NCBI GenBank assembly: GCA_951406725.2
Contig: OX597821.1
Coordinates: forward strand, 83,886,001-83,950,000
Length of the DNA stretch: 64,000 nt
Source of the DNA: Octopus vulgaris
Lineage: Eukaryota
Reading direction: 5' to 3'
Part shown: positions 27,354 to 40,541 of the stretch, piece after piece
Numbering within the stretch: position 1 is the stretch's first letter
How the letters are laid out: the number at the start of each line of letters is the position of its first letter
Program-made: the position numbers and the translations under genes
Notes under the pieces: generated by a model
What the model was told of the DNA's origin: nothing
Seen by the model: only the letters and a program-made list of their open reading frames with translations
The model's database searches: none

Positions 27354-29522
27354 ATGAAGATGCTAATAATAATAATAATATTAAATGAACTAATATGCGG
27401 AAATGATGTAAGATCCAGAACAGGAAGAAAGATGAAGAGAAAATTTGGATCCTCACCAAGAGAAGAACTGATATCAATAAAAGAAACGCTGAAACAAAAA
27501 GTCCAAGCAAAAGCCCAAAGAATACGAAGATTTGAGAAGAGAAACAAGTTTTACAAGCAAAATAAGCTGTTCACATCCAATGCCAAAAAATTCTACAGAG
27601 AAATAGGGAAGGAGAAAGTAACCGTTAAAGACCCCCCTCCCATGGAAGAAGTTCAAAACTTTTGGAAAAGGATTTGGAGTGACAAGAAGACGTACAACAT
27701 AAATGCAGACTGGATTATACAAACTGAAGGATTCTACCAAAATTTACAAGCATGGGAAGACATCACAATAGCAGACCTAAGAAAGGCACTCACGAAGGCC
27801 CATAATTGGAAATCCCCCGGTAAAGATAGGGTGCCGAATTTCTGGCTCGCATCGCTCCCATGGGCACACGGTAAGCTAGTTCAGCTGCTCAATGGAATTA
27901 TGAGAGACCCAAAGAAAACACCTGAATGGTTAGCAAGTGGTATTACTTACCTACTCCCAAAGAATAACGAAACCAACCTTCCAAAAAACTATCGGCCTAT
28001 AACCTGTCTATCCACCACGTATAAAATCCTAACATCTATCCTGGCGGAGAAAACATATGCATTCATGGAGAAGAACGATATTTTCCCCACTGAGCAAAAA
28101 GGGTGCCGCCGAGGCTCATACCGATGCAAAGATCAACTGCTAATTAATTGTATGATCCTTGAGAACTGTCACAACAAGCGCAGAAATCTCAGCTCCGCAT
28201 GGATTGACTATAAAAAGGCCTTCGACAGTATACCGCATCCATGGATCTTGAGATCGCTGGACATCTTCAAAATTTCCTCTGTGATTTCAAGCTTCCTGAA
28301 GCACAATATGTCGTTGTGGAATACGAATCTCCAATTATACCACTCAAATGGAGTACTTGCCTCAGAAAATATAAACATCAACTGTGGAATTTTTCAAGGT
28401 GACTCACTTTCACCTTTAATATTCTGCATAGCCCTAATACCCCTTACAAGTGAATTAAACAGAACAGGGTATGGGTATAAAATTGCCAATAAAAAAACAA
28501 GTCATCTATTTTATATGGATGACTTAAAACTCTATGGTAAAGACAATAATGAACTTGAAGGCCTATTGCGCACTGTGAAAGCATTCAGCGATGACATAGA
28601 GATGGAGTTTGGACTTGAGAAGTGTGCCAAGGCCACTTTCCAGAAAGGGAAAGTGAAGACCACAAATTCAGTCGTGTTAGATGTTGACACAGTCATAAGA
28701 GAGCTTGAGCAAGAACAAACATACAAATATTTAGGGATAAATGAAGGCTCTGGTATTCAGCATGCAAGCATGAAAGAGAAGATCAGGAAGGAATGTTATA
28801 GGAGAGTTCGTGCAGTCCTGAAATCTGAACTAAATGCACGTAACAAGGTGTTAGCTATAAATTCCTTAGCAGTTCCAGTTGTTACTCATAGCTACAATGT
28901 GTTGAACTGGAATATGAGTGAAGTAAAGAATATAAATAGGAAAATACGCAAGCTGCTGAGTTGTAATAGGATGCACCACCCAAAGGCAGACGTAGATCGC
29001 CTTTACCTTCCCAGAGCCCAAGGAGGTCGAGGCCTGATCCAATTTGAACTAGCTTACAAAACAACCACAATTGGACTGGCCAAATATCTTGAAATAACGA
29101 ATGACTGGATGCTAAAGCTCGTGGAAAATCACGAGAGACGAAAGAAGCTTCATTCTATCATAAAGGAAAGCAAAAAGTATGCTATTGATCTCGTGCAGGA
29201 TACCCAAACTGAACAATCCGAGAGAAGTACGGCAACTATTGTTGCAAAGAAGGTGAAAATAATGGCAACGAAAAAAGCGCACGAGCAATTGGCTTATGGG
29301 TGGGAGGAGAAACCTCTGCACGGCAAATATGTGGCCCGCAGCAAACAAGCTGATGTTGACCAGACGCAAACCCATCAGTGGCTACGGAGCTCGGCTAAAA
29401 GCAGAGAGCGAAGGTTTCATCCTGGCTGCTCAAGATCAAAGCCTATTAACCCGGAACTACTAGGCCAATGTGATGAAAAATGGAGCAGACCCAAAATGCC
29501 GATTCTGCAACGACATGATTGA
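27354..29522 (+). pseudogene. Reverse transcriptase portion of the LINE ORF (722-aa frame, frameshifted near 29393)
   Basis: KSPGKD, NYRPITCL, EQKGC, WIDYKKAFDS, GIFQGDSLSP, YMDD, YKYLG, GGRGL motifs. Confidence 0.92.
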
Positions 29523-30250
29523 AACAGTGGACCACCTAATCTCTGGATGTAAAGTCTTAGTACCAGTGGAGTATAAATTAAGACATGACAGGGTTGGCCA
29601 ATATCTACACTGGCTAATAAGTCGGCATTACAATATCAAAACTGCCGACAAGTGGTATAATCACCAACCTGAAGCTATAACTGAAGGAGAAAATGTAACG
29701 ATTCTGTGGGACTTTCCAGTACATACAGACCGAACCATCAAAGCCAATAAACCAGATATTGTTGTGAAAGACCAAAACAATAAAGTTTGCTTATTGATCG
29801 ACATGAGCATCCCCTGTGATCATAATATCTCGGCGAAAGAGTTTGACAAGCTCAGAAAATATAAAGACCTGCTCATTGAAATTGAGAAAATGTGGCATCT
29901 CAAGGCGGTTACAATACCAGTGATCGTAGGAGCACTAGGAATGATCAAGAAGGGAACCGAAAATTATATGAGAATGATCCCTGGCTTACCATCCCTGCAA
30001 GAAGTGCAAAAGATTGTCTTAACTGGTACATCACACGTATTGAGAAGTGCATTGTCGATGTGAGAACTATTACTACCCATGTATAATTTAATTTAACTTT
30101 ATTTCTATCAAAAAAAAAAAAATGAACGAGCTAGTGAGTTCAGTTTAATGGCCTACCAATGTATACTGTGAGTTTCTTTGCCCTAGGAGTCGGGAAGACA
30201 CTCGGCAAGAAATGGAAGCAACTTTGAAAGAAGAAAAAAAAAATAATAAT
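27364..30250 (+). mobile_element. 5'-truncated non-LTR retrotransposon, R4/Dong-like (RT plus C-terminal restriction-like endonuclease)
   Basis: RT motifs, CCHC knuckle and PD-D-K endonuclease; bounded by (TAA)5 at 27364-27378 and by an A-run plus taataat at about 30234-30250. Confidence 0.93.
29395..30063 (+). pseudogene. C-terminal zinc knuckle plus RLE domain of the LINE ORF, with in-frame stop at 29461-29463
   Basis: LKAESEGFILAAQDQSLLTRNY*; CRFC-x7-H-x4-C; RHD; KPDIVV..LIDMS..KLRKY. Confidence 0.9.
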
Positions 30251-30393
30251 TGCCAGGATCGCGTTGTTCGACGAAAGCCTTCAATGTGGTGCACCTGCAT
30301 GACTGCAGTCCAATGACTGAAACAAGTATACGATAAAAGATTACTCACTCTCTCTCTGTCTCTGTCTCTGTCTCTGTCTGTCTGTCTCTCTCT

Positions 30394-30440
<47 letters not shown>

Positions 30441-31218
30441 ACATATGTATGTATTATTTAATAACAGTTTGACTCAGATCTATGTGACTTAAATTACTTT
30501 AAATCATGTAAGACGTGTGTTAAACTATTACTGAATGCTGTATGTAAACTCGCATCAGGTCCGCTGAGAGCCCCTTTTCTGCTGATTCGTCATAATTGCC
30601 ATTTGGCAACTATGTTACATCATGTAAAGATGGATATAATTTTAACACACCAAGAATTCTTGTTGTAAGGTATTTGCATGTGAGTATATGTCTATCCAAA
30701 GCCATGCCACAGGCCACTTGGCCACTTTGTTCGTTTTTCTGTTACTTATGCAAATTACTTATGCTATAACTGTTTACTACTCTGTTTTATATACGAGTCT
30801 AAATCCTTTGGCAAGATCGAGCAATTGTCGTCCTAATGAAACGAAACAGGTGTCTTCGAGTGTCCTCTTAGCTAGAAACAATAAACTTATCCCTCTCCTT
30901 AATAGTGTGTCAGTATAGAAGAGTTCTTCACTCTAGAGACTATCTTCTCTTCTCACGTAGACCTAGTGATAATTGCCACTTTGTAAGTAAGATAAATCCT
31001 CTAGACACTGATAATTTCAATGAATCGAGAACTTTTGTTGTAAAGCGCTTTTTTGTTGCCGCCTTTTTAACATGACGTCAAACATTACTCCTCTGTATAA
31101 TTACAACTTTCATCTCTTATAGGGATTATCTAACAAGTTACTTTGCATGTATTTAACGTACCGATATTTGTATATATGTGTGTGTATGCAGATATTTCGT
31201 TATACATATATACATACA

Positions 31219-31252
<34 letters not shown>

Positions 31253-31269
31253 CATACATATATACATAC

Positions 31270-31326
<57 letters not shown>

Positions 31327-31339
31327 GTACTAATATAGG

Positions 31340-31495
31340 ATAAAAAGTTTTTCAGAAAAGAATTTCATCAAAAGTGGCAGCATATTAAAATACCTTTAAA
31401 TGTGAAAATTTTATAAACAACTTATAAACAAGGGCAAAAGAAAAATTATTTCTATGCCAATAGAAATAATTTTTTCTTTTGCCCTTGTTTGTAAG
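31340..31495 (-). mobile_element. Short TA-associated repeat with an inverted copy of its own end (hairpin 31421-31495); related copy at about 8988-9112
   Basis: cttataaacaagggcaaaagaaaaattatttctat-gcca-atagaaataatttttttcttttgcccttgtttgtaag. Confidence 0.7.
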
Positions 31496-31523
31496 CTATA
31501 CATACATATATATATATATATAT

Positions 31524-31680
31524 ACTGTTGCAATTTACAGAAAAACAAAAGATGAAGACAGGTGTATAAACAACAAACAGGTGTATTAATTTAACGCTCG
31601 GAAAGATGAGAAAGTCTTTTACGTTTCGAGCCTACGTTCTTCAAGAGAAAGGAACACGAGGAAATAAACATCTTGCCCCA
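31524..31680 (-). mobile_element. Family E element with hammerhead-like motif at 31616-31651
   Basis: cttt-CTCTTGA-agaacgtaggctc-GAAAC-GTA-aaag. Confidence 0.7.
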
Positions 31681-31738
31681 CACCCACGCTTGAATGTATG
31701 TATTATATACATACAAACATACATACATACATACATAA

Positions 31739-31860
<122 letters not shown>

Positions 31861-32000
31861 TAATATATATATACTAATATAAATACACAATTACATACGT
31901 ATGTAGATATATAATGAATTATATCTATCTATCTATATCTGTTTATATACACTTATATACATGTATGTATGTATGTAAGTATGTATGTGTATTTGTATGC

Positions 32001-32060
<60 letters not shown>

Positions 32061-32133
32061 ATACAGATAGATAGATAGATGCAATATATTATACAAGGAC
32101 ATGTATGTGATTACGTATGTATGCATGTGTGTG

Positions 32134-32165
<32 letters not shown>

Positions 32166-32210
32166 TATATATATACATAAATACATACACACGTACATAT
32201 ACGTACATAC

Positions 32211-32243
<33 letters not shown>

Positions 32244-32740
32244 AACACATACACAGATACACGCATACACTTGCATATACATATATATATATATGCAATT
32301 ATGGATGTGTGTGGGTGTTTGAGTGCATGTGAGAGTGAAAGAGAGAAAGAGAAAGGGAGAGAGACTATGTAATCGTGGGGAGACGTGTGTATGTGTGCAC
32401 ACGTGCGTGTACAATGGTGTGTGTGCACGCACACGCGTATGCAAGGGAACACGCGCCTGTGCGAAACCCATAACTATGTTTTCGCAAGCATATAACGGAT
32501 ATTTATTCCATAAACACACGCGCATGCGTATACTAACGATGCACATGCTTACCCGAATTTACACACACAATTGCATGTATAGTTTATATATGCGTGACGC
32601 GCATGTGTGCAGGCGCTCGCGCTTTGTGCATGCGCGCGTGGTTGTGTGCATAAGTGTGCGTTTGTGTGAGTGTGTGTATGCATGTATGTTTCTATGCGTG
32701 TGTATGTTCGCATGTTTGTATGCGTCTATATGTATGCGCG

Positions 32741-32795
<55 letters not shown>

Positions 32796-33009
32796 GGGGA
32801 TGTTTGTGCATGTGTATGTGCATGTTCTTTGAGTATGTCCGAATACAAAGCTGCTTGCGTGCGTGCGTGTCTCCGCCTGTGTGTGTGTGCGGGTGGGGGG
32901 GGGGGAGAAAGTCCTGTTGATAGACCCACTCTGTCGGGAAGGAAGAACATGTGAGATTGAAAGAGAGAGATAAGGGTGAGAGAGAAAGAGAGAGAATGAA
33001 CGAGCGAGC

Positions 33010-33089
<80 letters not shown>

Positions 33090-33180
33090 GAAACGAATAC
33101 ATTCATTGTTTCTCTCTTACTCTCACAGAAACATACACACACAGTTATAGACACACACACACACACACACACAGAGTTAT

Positions 33181-33213
<33 letters not shown>

Positions 33214-33418
33214 CATACACACACACACACATATATATATATATACATACATACACACATACATGCATACATGCATACATACATGCATACAGACATACAT
33301 GCATACATACATACATACATATATACATACATATATACATACACACACAGTTATACATACATACACACACACACACACATATATATACATACACACACAC
33401 ACACACATATATATACAT

Positions 33419-33449
<31 letters not shown>

Positions 33450-33514
33450 CATACATACACACATACATGCATACATGCATACATACATGCATACAGACAT
33501 ACATACATACATAT

Positions 33515-33561
<47 letters not shown>

Positions 33562-34043
33562 TCGTGCATAGAAAGAGAGAGAGGGGGGGAGTGAGAGTAA
33601 AATGGCGAACTAGTTGTAAAGTGTATATGGAAGAAAGAGAAGCGGGTGAAGTTTTCGCCACAGAAAATAGACAGGAGAGAGAGAGAGACCTATGGGAAAT
33701 CAAAGAATACTAGAAAGAGTGACAAGTCCAAAGTATTTCCAGCACGAAAAGAATCGTGCTTACCATTTTACTGGGTTTTGAAACATTCTTCATCTTTGAA
33801 ACATGAACTTATCCCTCTCCCCCCCCCCACCGCCCCCGCCGCCCCCAACTGAACCTTGCTCGCCATCTCCTTCAATCGTCGCCATCCCCCACCACAACAG
33901 CCAATAAAAACAACGCCGCTCCCGCCGCCGCCACTACTACCGCCGCCACTACTACCGCCGAGACCAGCACTTTCCCACTAATGGTCAACTCATGATTAAT
34001 TAATGACCAACTTATTGCTGTCACACAAGCAGAATATTTTATC

Positions 34044-34078
34044 TATTGTTGTTGTTGTCGTTGTTGCTGTTGTTGTTG

Positions 34079-34151
<73 letters not shown>

Positions 34152-34234
34152 CATCATCATCATCATCATCATTATTATTATTATCATTATTATTATTATT
34201 ATTATTATCATCATCATCATTGTTATTATTATTA

Positions 34235-34287
<53 letters not shown>

Positions 34288-34341
34288 GTTGTTGTGTTGC
34301 TGTTGTTGTTGTTGTTGTGTTGTGTTGTTGTTGTTGTTGTG

Positions 34342-34405
<64 letters not shown>

Positions 34406-34487
34406 CATCATCATCATCATCATTATTATTATTATCATTATTATTATTATTATTATTATCATCATCATCATTGTTATTATTATTATA

Positions 34488-34529
<42 letters not shown>

Positions 34530-34569
34530 GTTGTTGTTGTTGCTGTTGTTGTTGTTGTTGTTGTTGCTG

Positions 34570-34630
<61 letters not shown>

Positions 34631-34712
34631 CATCATCATCATCATCATTATTATTATTATCATTATTATTATTATTATTATTATCATCATCATCATTGTT
34701 ATTATTATTATA

Positions 34713-34757
<45 letters not shown>

Positions 34758-34797
34758 GTTGTTGTTGTTGCTGTTGTTGTTGTTGTTGTTGTTGCTG

Positions 34798-34852
<55 letters not shown>
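34044..34852. repeat. (TTA)n/(TTG)n/(TCA)n tract with an about 225-228-bp higher-order period
   Basis: Equivalent landmarks at 34528/34756 and 34484/34709. Confidence 0.9.
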
Positions 34853-36086
34853 TAATTTATTTTTTCTTTTCTTTCCTTTTTCCCTTCACGACAACAATTA
34901 TTTTTTCCCTTTATTTCTCCCGTCTTTCCCCCCCCCCCTTTCTTTTCTGTAACAGAATTATTTTTAATACAGATGCGAAGATGAGTCGGATGCGTAGGTG
35001 TTGACAGTTCGCTCCCAGCCATCAGCATTCACACAATATTTAAAACCAAGACCAGACATGTACCTAAATAGATTGTGCACCACTCGAAACAGCTTTTGGT
35101 TTGGCCGCCGTTACCTCTTCTACCACCGGCCACGAAGCCAATATAGACACAGGCAGAAGACCTATAAGCGCTGACCCCATAAAAGGGTCTCTTCCTCGAG
35201 CTACGACCCTGACAAAGCAGATTGAACTCCCAACGGTAGGCTACTCCTTCCAGTAGTAGGTTCTATATTGATACTAATACCCACAATGGAAACAAATAGG
35301 GTTACTGCGAGGCAAAATTTAAAAATAGCAACCTGTATTATAGTCACAGATAAGGTGTATGTATACATTACATTATATCATATTTATTTGTGAGTGTGAG
35401 TGTCTTTGTGCCTTGATGAGCGGTGTTGGTTTGCTTACATCCTCGTCACCAAACAGTTCAGCAAAAGAGCCAAAAGAGTAAGTACCCGACTTTGAAACAA
35501 ATAAGTACTGGGATTGATCTCTTCGACTAAAACCCTTCAAGGTGGTGCATGACCGCAGTCCAATGACTGAAAGAAGTAAAAAAAACAAAAATTAAAAAAT
35601 GTAAAAAAAAAACATGCAATACAAAGTAAATTTACTTTTAAAATCGAATCACAAAATAGAAGAAAATAAACAATGGCAGAAAAAAGACATGATTTTAAGT
35701 TTGATGAAGGAAAGGACATTCTAAAAAAAGACAAATTATGAGCAATGCTTCTTAAATAATCCAGAACTTCACGAATTTGATATTTATTGATGATGCATTG
35801 AAGTCTAGCTGCACTGTTTTCTCGTTTCTTTTTTCACAATGTGCAAATTTTGCAATGGCGATAATCTGTTTGATTCTTTTTTTGCAATGGCGTTAAACTG
35901 CTTGATTATTGCTTCAATTCTTGGCTGTCCCTTTTCCGTCGTTTCTAAAAAGAAAAGAAGTTCAAGAGCGTAGGTTGGAAATTGCTGTCTTTGAATTTCT
36001 TTTGCATTGTTAATGAAATGTGACGTATTTACTACTCTTCAAATAAAACCCTTTAAAGATGTTCAACGATGTATATACTCTGTTGT

Positions 36087-36119
36087 ACTTTGATCTTAGC
36101 GGAAAGGCCGGGAAACGAG
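36087..36119 (-). pseudogene. 3'-truncated U2 snRNA fragment (about the first 33 nt)
   Basis: CTCGTTTCCCGGCCTTTCCGCTAAGATCAAAGT versus the recalled U2 5' end ATCGCTTCTCGGCCTTTTGGCTAAGATCAAAGT, about 28/33 matches. Confidence 0.75.
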
Positions 36120-36547
36120 GCATTAACTCTGCGGATAAAAAGTATGACGATAAATTCATGGGCGAAAAATATTTACCGACCGATGTATTGGATTCTGATG
36201 TAAATACACTGCGATGAAATTATCTGCAGATGTCAGTACAATAGTGATTTATTTAGCGCGAAGCAATTACGCACACGGGATTCACCGAATAGAAATAACT
36301 GTTTGTATTATAAATGACTCTTAAAGAAACCCGAAGTAGGTTTTCAAGAAAGATATTTAACTTCTGTTCAATAGAATATAAAGACAGGAGAAAATAAATG
36401 TTGATCTCTGCATAGAATACATGTCTTTAGCAGGTAACATCACTGCATCCTCCACCACCTACTACAAAGTGTATGTATGTGTATGTGCATAGTGCATATG
36501 TACATGCATGCATGCATGTATATTATGCATGTATGTATAAAAAAACA

Positions 36548-36848
36548 TCGCCTTTTTCAAGCCTGGCCAGGCTGATGGGCCCGGTTTCCCGGTTTCTGTG
36601 GCGTATGTTTTCCCCCCAGCTAGACGGGACGCCAGTCCATCGCAGCGTTACTCAAGAAACAGGAAGAGGGAGTGAGAGAAAGTTGTGGCGAAAGAGTACA
36701 ACAGGGGTCGCCACCCCCCCCTGTCGGAGCCTCGTGGAACTTTTAGATGTTTTCACTCAATAAACACACACAACGCCTGTCTGGGAATCGAAACCACGAT
36801 CTTCCGACCGCGAGTCCGCTGCCCTAACCACTGGGCCATTGCGCCTCC
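36548..36848 (-). mobile_element. SINE C full copy, tail type 2
   Basis: Intact A box TGGCCCAGTGG and B box GTTTCGATTCC; tail contains gcgatggactggcgtcccgtc. Confidence 0.88.
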
Positions 36849-37066
36849 ACATGTATGTCTATATATATATATAATGTTTATATGCATGTATGTATGTGTG
36901 TGTTGTGTATGTATGTATGTATAATGTTTATATGCATGTATGTATGTGTGTGTTGTATGTATGTAGCACCAGTAACAGTTAAGCTTCGTGCAATGGCCAT
37001 ACTCGATAACGAGGAGGCAGCCAGAAATAAAATGTATGTATGTATGTATGTATGTATGTATGTATG

Positions 37067-37100
<34 letters not shown>

Positions 37101-37140
37101 TGTATGTATGTATGTGTGTGTATGCAATGTATACCTGTTA

Positions 37141-37960
37141 CAGGTTGTCTCAAAAATGCAAAGACACTTCAACAGCAGATAACTCAATTTTCATTTCCTT
37201 TTAGGTTTACCCTATTTGGAAATAGTGAAGGGAGTCAAACTAAGCTTTAAATAAAAGAAACTCCCTTTCCCTTGAAGTGCTTCTGGCAGTTTGGAAACGC
37301 AGTCCAAGAGCTTAGAGAGTTTAGCAGGCAGTTCCAAACAGTTCCATACATGTGGCGTACAATCACTCCGGTTAGAGATGAATGTGAAGCAGCTAGAAAT
37401 GTTCAGAATGTCCATAAGAAACGTTCCGGAAAACCCCGAACATCGGCGATTCCCACAAAACAAGAAATGTTACCAGAAGCATATTGCCAGAGTTCAAGAA
37501 TATTTGTGCTGCAAGTAAGTCATGAAAAAGGAATTTCGAAATCAACCACCCATAGCATTTTTGAAGCGCTGTCATTGGAAAAGTTCCATTCCTACAATGG
37601 TTCATGCACTCAATGAAGACGATCCGAACCAAGGAATGGTATTTGGTAACATGTGTAGACGACGCTCACTTTCCAACAAAGCGTGTTTGGAGAGATGAGT
37701 CTACAGTTACTAAATAACTCAATTAAGCGCCATAAATGTGCACCTACTGGGGATCTGAGAATTTGCAAATTACAGTGCAACTTCATGTTTAATTTACCAG
37801 GAGTTTCGGTATGGAGCGGTTTATCATCAAATAAATTTATTGATCTATTCTTTTTTGAAGGTACTGCGACTGATTCTCTTTACTTGAACTTATTGCGACA
37901 ATCAGTCATTCCAAGCGATCAAGAGGATTTTGAATATATGGAATTTTATCGTCAATTATT
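37141..37960 (+). mobile_element. Decayed Tc1/mariner-superfamily transposon, 3'-truncated
   Basis: ta|caggttgtctcaaaa end; N-terminal KCFWQFGNAVQ..FSRQF..RSGKPRTS; catalytic-region VSVWSGLSS..FFFEGT..YLNLL. Confidence 0.75.
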
Positions 37961-37998
37961 CTTTAATTCTTTTTTTTTTTATTTTCTACATCAGATTT

Positions 37999-38330
37999 TC
38001 AGAGGCAAACTAGCCTAACCGAAGTATTACTTGCCAAATCCAGTTTGTGCACTTTCAGATTTATGGTGGATACCTTAGGCGAATAAGGCTCAGTTGGCTC
38101 AATTTTGTCTTCTAAATTAAGGGGAATGATAACCTTACACTCTTCCAAGGTTTGGTGTGTTAAGGTCATCTCTACAGATTTTCTGTAGAAATTAATTATA
38201 GCCAGCACTGATTTTGTCACGATCTTTCGTATCCAAGACATCAGATACAAGCAATTAGATCGATGATGGAAAAAAGGTAATGGGTGTATATGCTTTTCGG
38301 GAATTTTCGCGCCTTCATCAGAACCCATCT
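37999..38330 (-). mobile_element. Probable Penelope-like remnant: hammerhead motif (38280-38328) upstream of an RT N-terminal-like fragment
   Basis: atgggtt-CTGATGA-aggcgcgaaaattccc-GAAA-agcata-TA-cacccat; the translation PTEPYSPKVSTINLKVHK resembles the PLE P..YGLPKVHK motif. Confidence 0.55.
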
Positions 38331-38334
38331 AACC

Positions 38335-38546
38335 TGTTTCTTTATTACCCACAAGGGGATAAACATAGAGGGGACAAACAAACAGATTAAGTCGATTACA
38401 TCGACCCCAGTGCATAACTGGTACTTAATTTATCGACCTCGAAAGGATGAAAAGCAAAGTCGATCTCGGCGGAATTTCAACTCAGAACGTAGCAGCAGAC
38501 GAAACACCGCTAAGCATTTTGCCCGGCGCGCTAACGTTTCTGCCAC
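38335..38546 (-). mobile_element. SINE B (tail variant ..gtttgtcccctct.tgttt..ccccttgtggg)
   Basis: Closely similar to 60979-61206. Confidence 0.9.
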
Positions 38547-39019
38547 CTAACCTGTTAATCATCCAAAACTTCAATGCTTAAATAGCCACTACATATAGCG
38601 GTGTAACATTACTTGATGTACCAATTGCTAAGGTTTGAATCAGAAATGACTTTATAGTCTCTTTGAAGTTCCTTTCTAATTAGATGTTTGTAGGAGTCAA
38701 TATTAAGATTATTTAAATTAGTTATATCCGCGTGTCACAAGTGACTGATTTTTTAAAGTTTTAATACTGTTTAATACACACACACACGCTGGGAACTGGA
38801 GCCGTTTAAATTCATAGGGGGGGGGGTCAGATGGGATTAAAGGGATCCGTGGAATGAAGACATCATCACACATTTCCCAAAAGAAATGGATTTGGGCAGT
38901 AAGGACTAAACCTCTTCTTTCATTATCACAATTAAAGAGAATCTATCTTTACTTTAAAAGGAAAAGAGATGGGGTCGTAGACGTATGACGAAGAATTATT
39001 CTATACCATGTTTATTTCT

Positions 39020-39962
39020 GTCAGAATCGATTACCTTTAAAGCGGAGAAACAAGACCTACGTATACGACAGGTATGTATAACATATTTCTGTTTTTGAAA
39101 AAAAGTTAAAAATTGAGTGACCCTCACCCCAGAACCATCCCTGTGTAATAAAAAACTTTCATGTCAAATTTGGTACAGAATGATCCAGCAGTTTGGCCGT
39201 GCAGAACAATAGGCCGTATGGCTAGGAGGAAATTGTAGATTCGATTTCGAAGCTGAGTTAGGATCAATATCCAAATAGAAATAGTCACTTCGGATTTCAA
39301 TATGAAATATCGAATGTACTCTGGCTAATTTTATTAGGTCCATTCCACGAACAATTATTTGAATAACTCATGTCGATATCTCTAACTTATGTCATGGGAA
39401 TATTGAACTTTAACATTTACAAAGTTTATCGTATAAATTGAAAGATATCCTACAGTGTATAAGCGTGTGTCCATACGAAGACCATTCGTTATTTAGAAAC
39501 CTTACTGTTTCTTTTTCTTCAAACCTCTTGTTTCATTATCGCAAATAAAAAGCGTTTCTGAATCGTTTACCTTTAAAGCGAAAAAAACACTAACCGACGT
39601 AATTTCCAGCAGCTAAATTGATTCAGCGGTTTGGCCGTGCATAGAGAAAGCGCACATAGACAAACAGACAGACAGACAGTAAGAATAAAAGTGAAACAAT
39701 AAAAGTGAAACCATAGCGTTATGAAAAGTTAAACCCCTGAAAAAAAAATCGGAAGGGTCGTACAGGGGAGGGGCGCTACAGTCCCCTATATGGGCAAAGT
39801 TCAAAACTTGACACTCCATTCTAGAACCTTCCCCGAGTAATGGAAAACCTGCATGCCAAATTTGGTACAGATTGAGTCAGTGGTTTGAACGTGCATGGAG
39901 GAAACACACACACACACACATACACACACATACATACAGAGGATTTTATATATATATATAGA
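39020..39962 (-). mobile_element. Degenerate Helitron/HINE-like repeat fragments
   Basis: Repeated caaatttggtacaga, cag.gtttggccgtgca and acctttaaagcg motifs; minus-strand start tctatatatatataaaa followed by a microsatellite. Confidence 0.45.
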
Positions 39963-40060
39963 TACACATATATATATATATATATACACGTATACATACA
40001 AACATACATACACACATATAAATGTGTATGTACATATGTATGCATATAAGTGTGTATGTA

Positions 40061-40277
40061 CGAGGGAGTGCTGAAAAGTTATTGGTTTTGAGTAAAAGAA
40101 AATACAAGAGGATCAGTTAATTATGATTTTTTTCAATATATTCCCCTCTCAGTTTCCCATAATTATTGCAGTGGTCCTTCAGTTTTTCTAAGCCCTGTAA
40201 AAGAACTCGGAAAGTTGGGTCTCCAACTAGGTCTTTCACGATAGCCTTAAAGCCAGGAGTGTTTCAGCACACTCTCG
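40061..40277. mobile_element. Mariner-type MITE of about 217 bp
   Basis: ta|cgagggagtgctgaaaa versus gtttcagcacactctcg. Confidence 0.7.
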
Positions 40278-40505
40278 TTCGTGCCTACGTACGTATGTAT
40301 GTATGTATGTATGTATGTATGTATGTATGTATGTATGTATGTATGTATGTATGTATGTATGTATGTATGTATGTATGTACGTACGTACGTACGTATGCAT
40401 GCATGTATGTATGTATGTATGTATGTATGTATGTATGTATGTATGTATGTATGTATGTATGTATGTATGAATGTATGTATGTACGTATATATGCATGTAT
40501 GTATG

Positions 40506-40541
<36 letters not shown>

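Noticed and set aside
36770-36848. tRNA-like sequences at SINE heads (also 13697, 43460, 61140)
   Set aside because: A and B boxes are present but there is no closed acceptor stem, and they continue into SINE bodies
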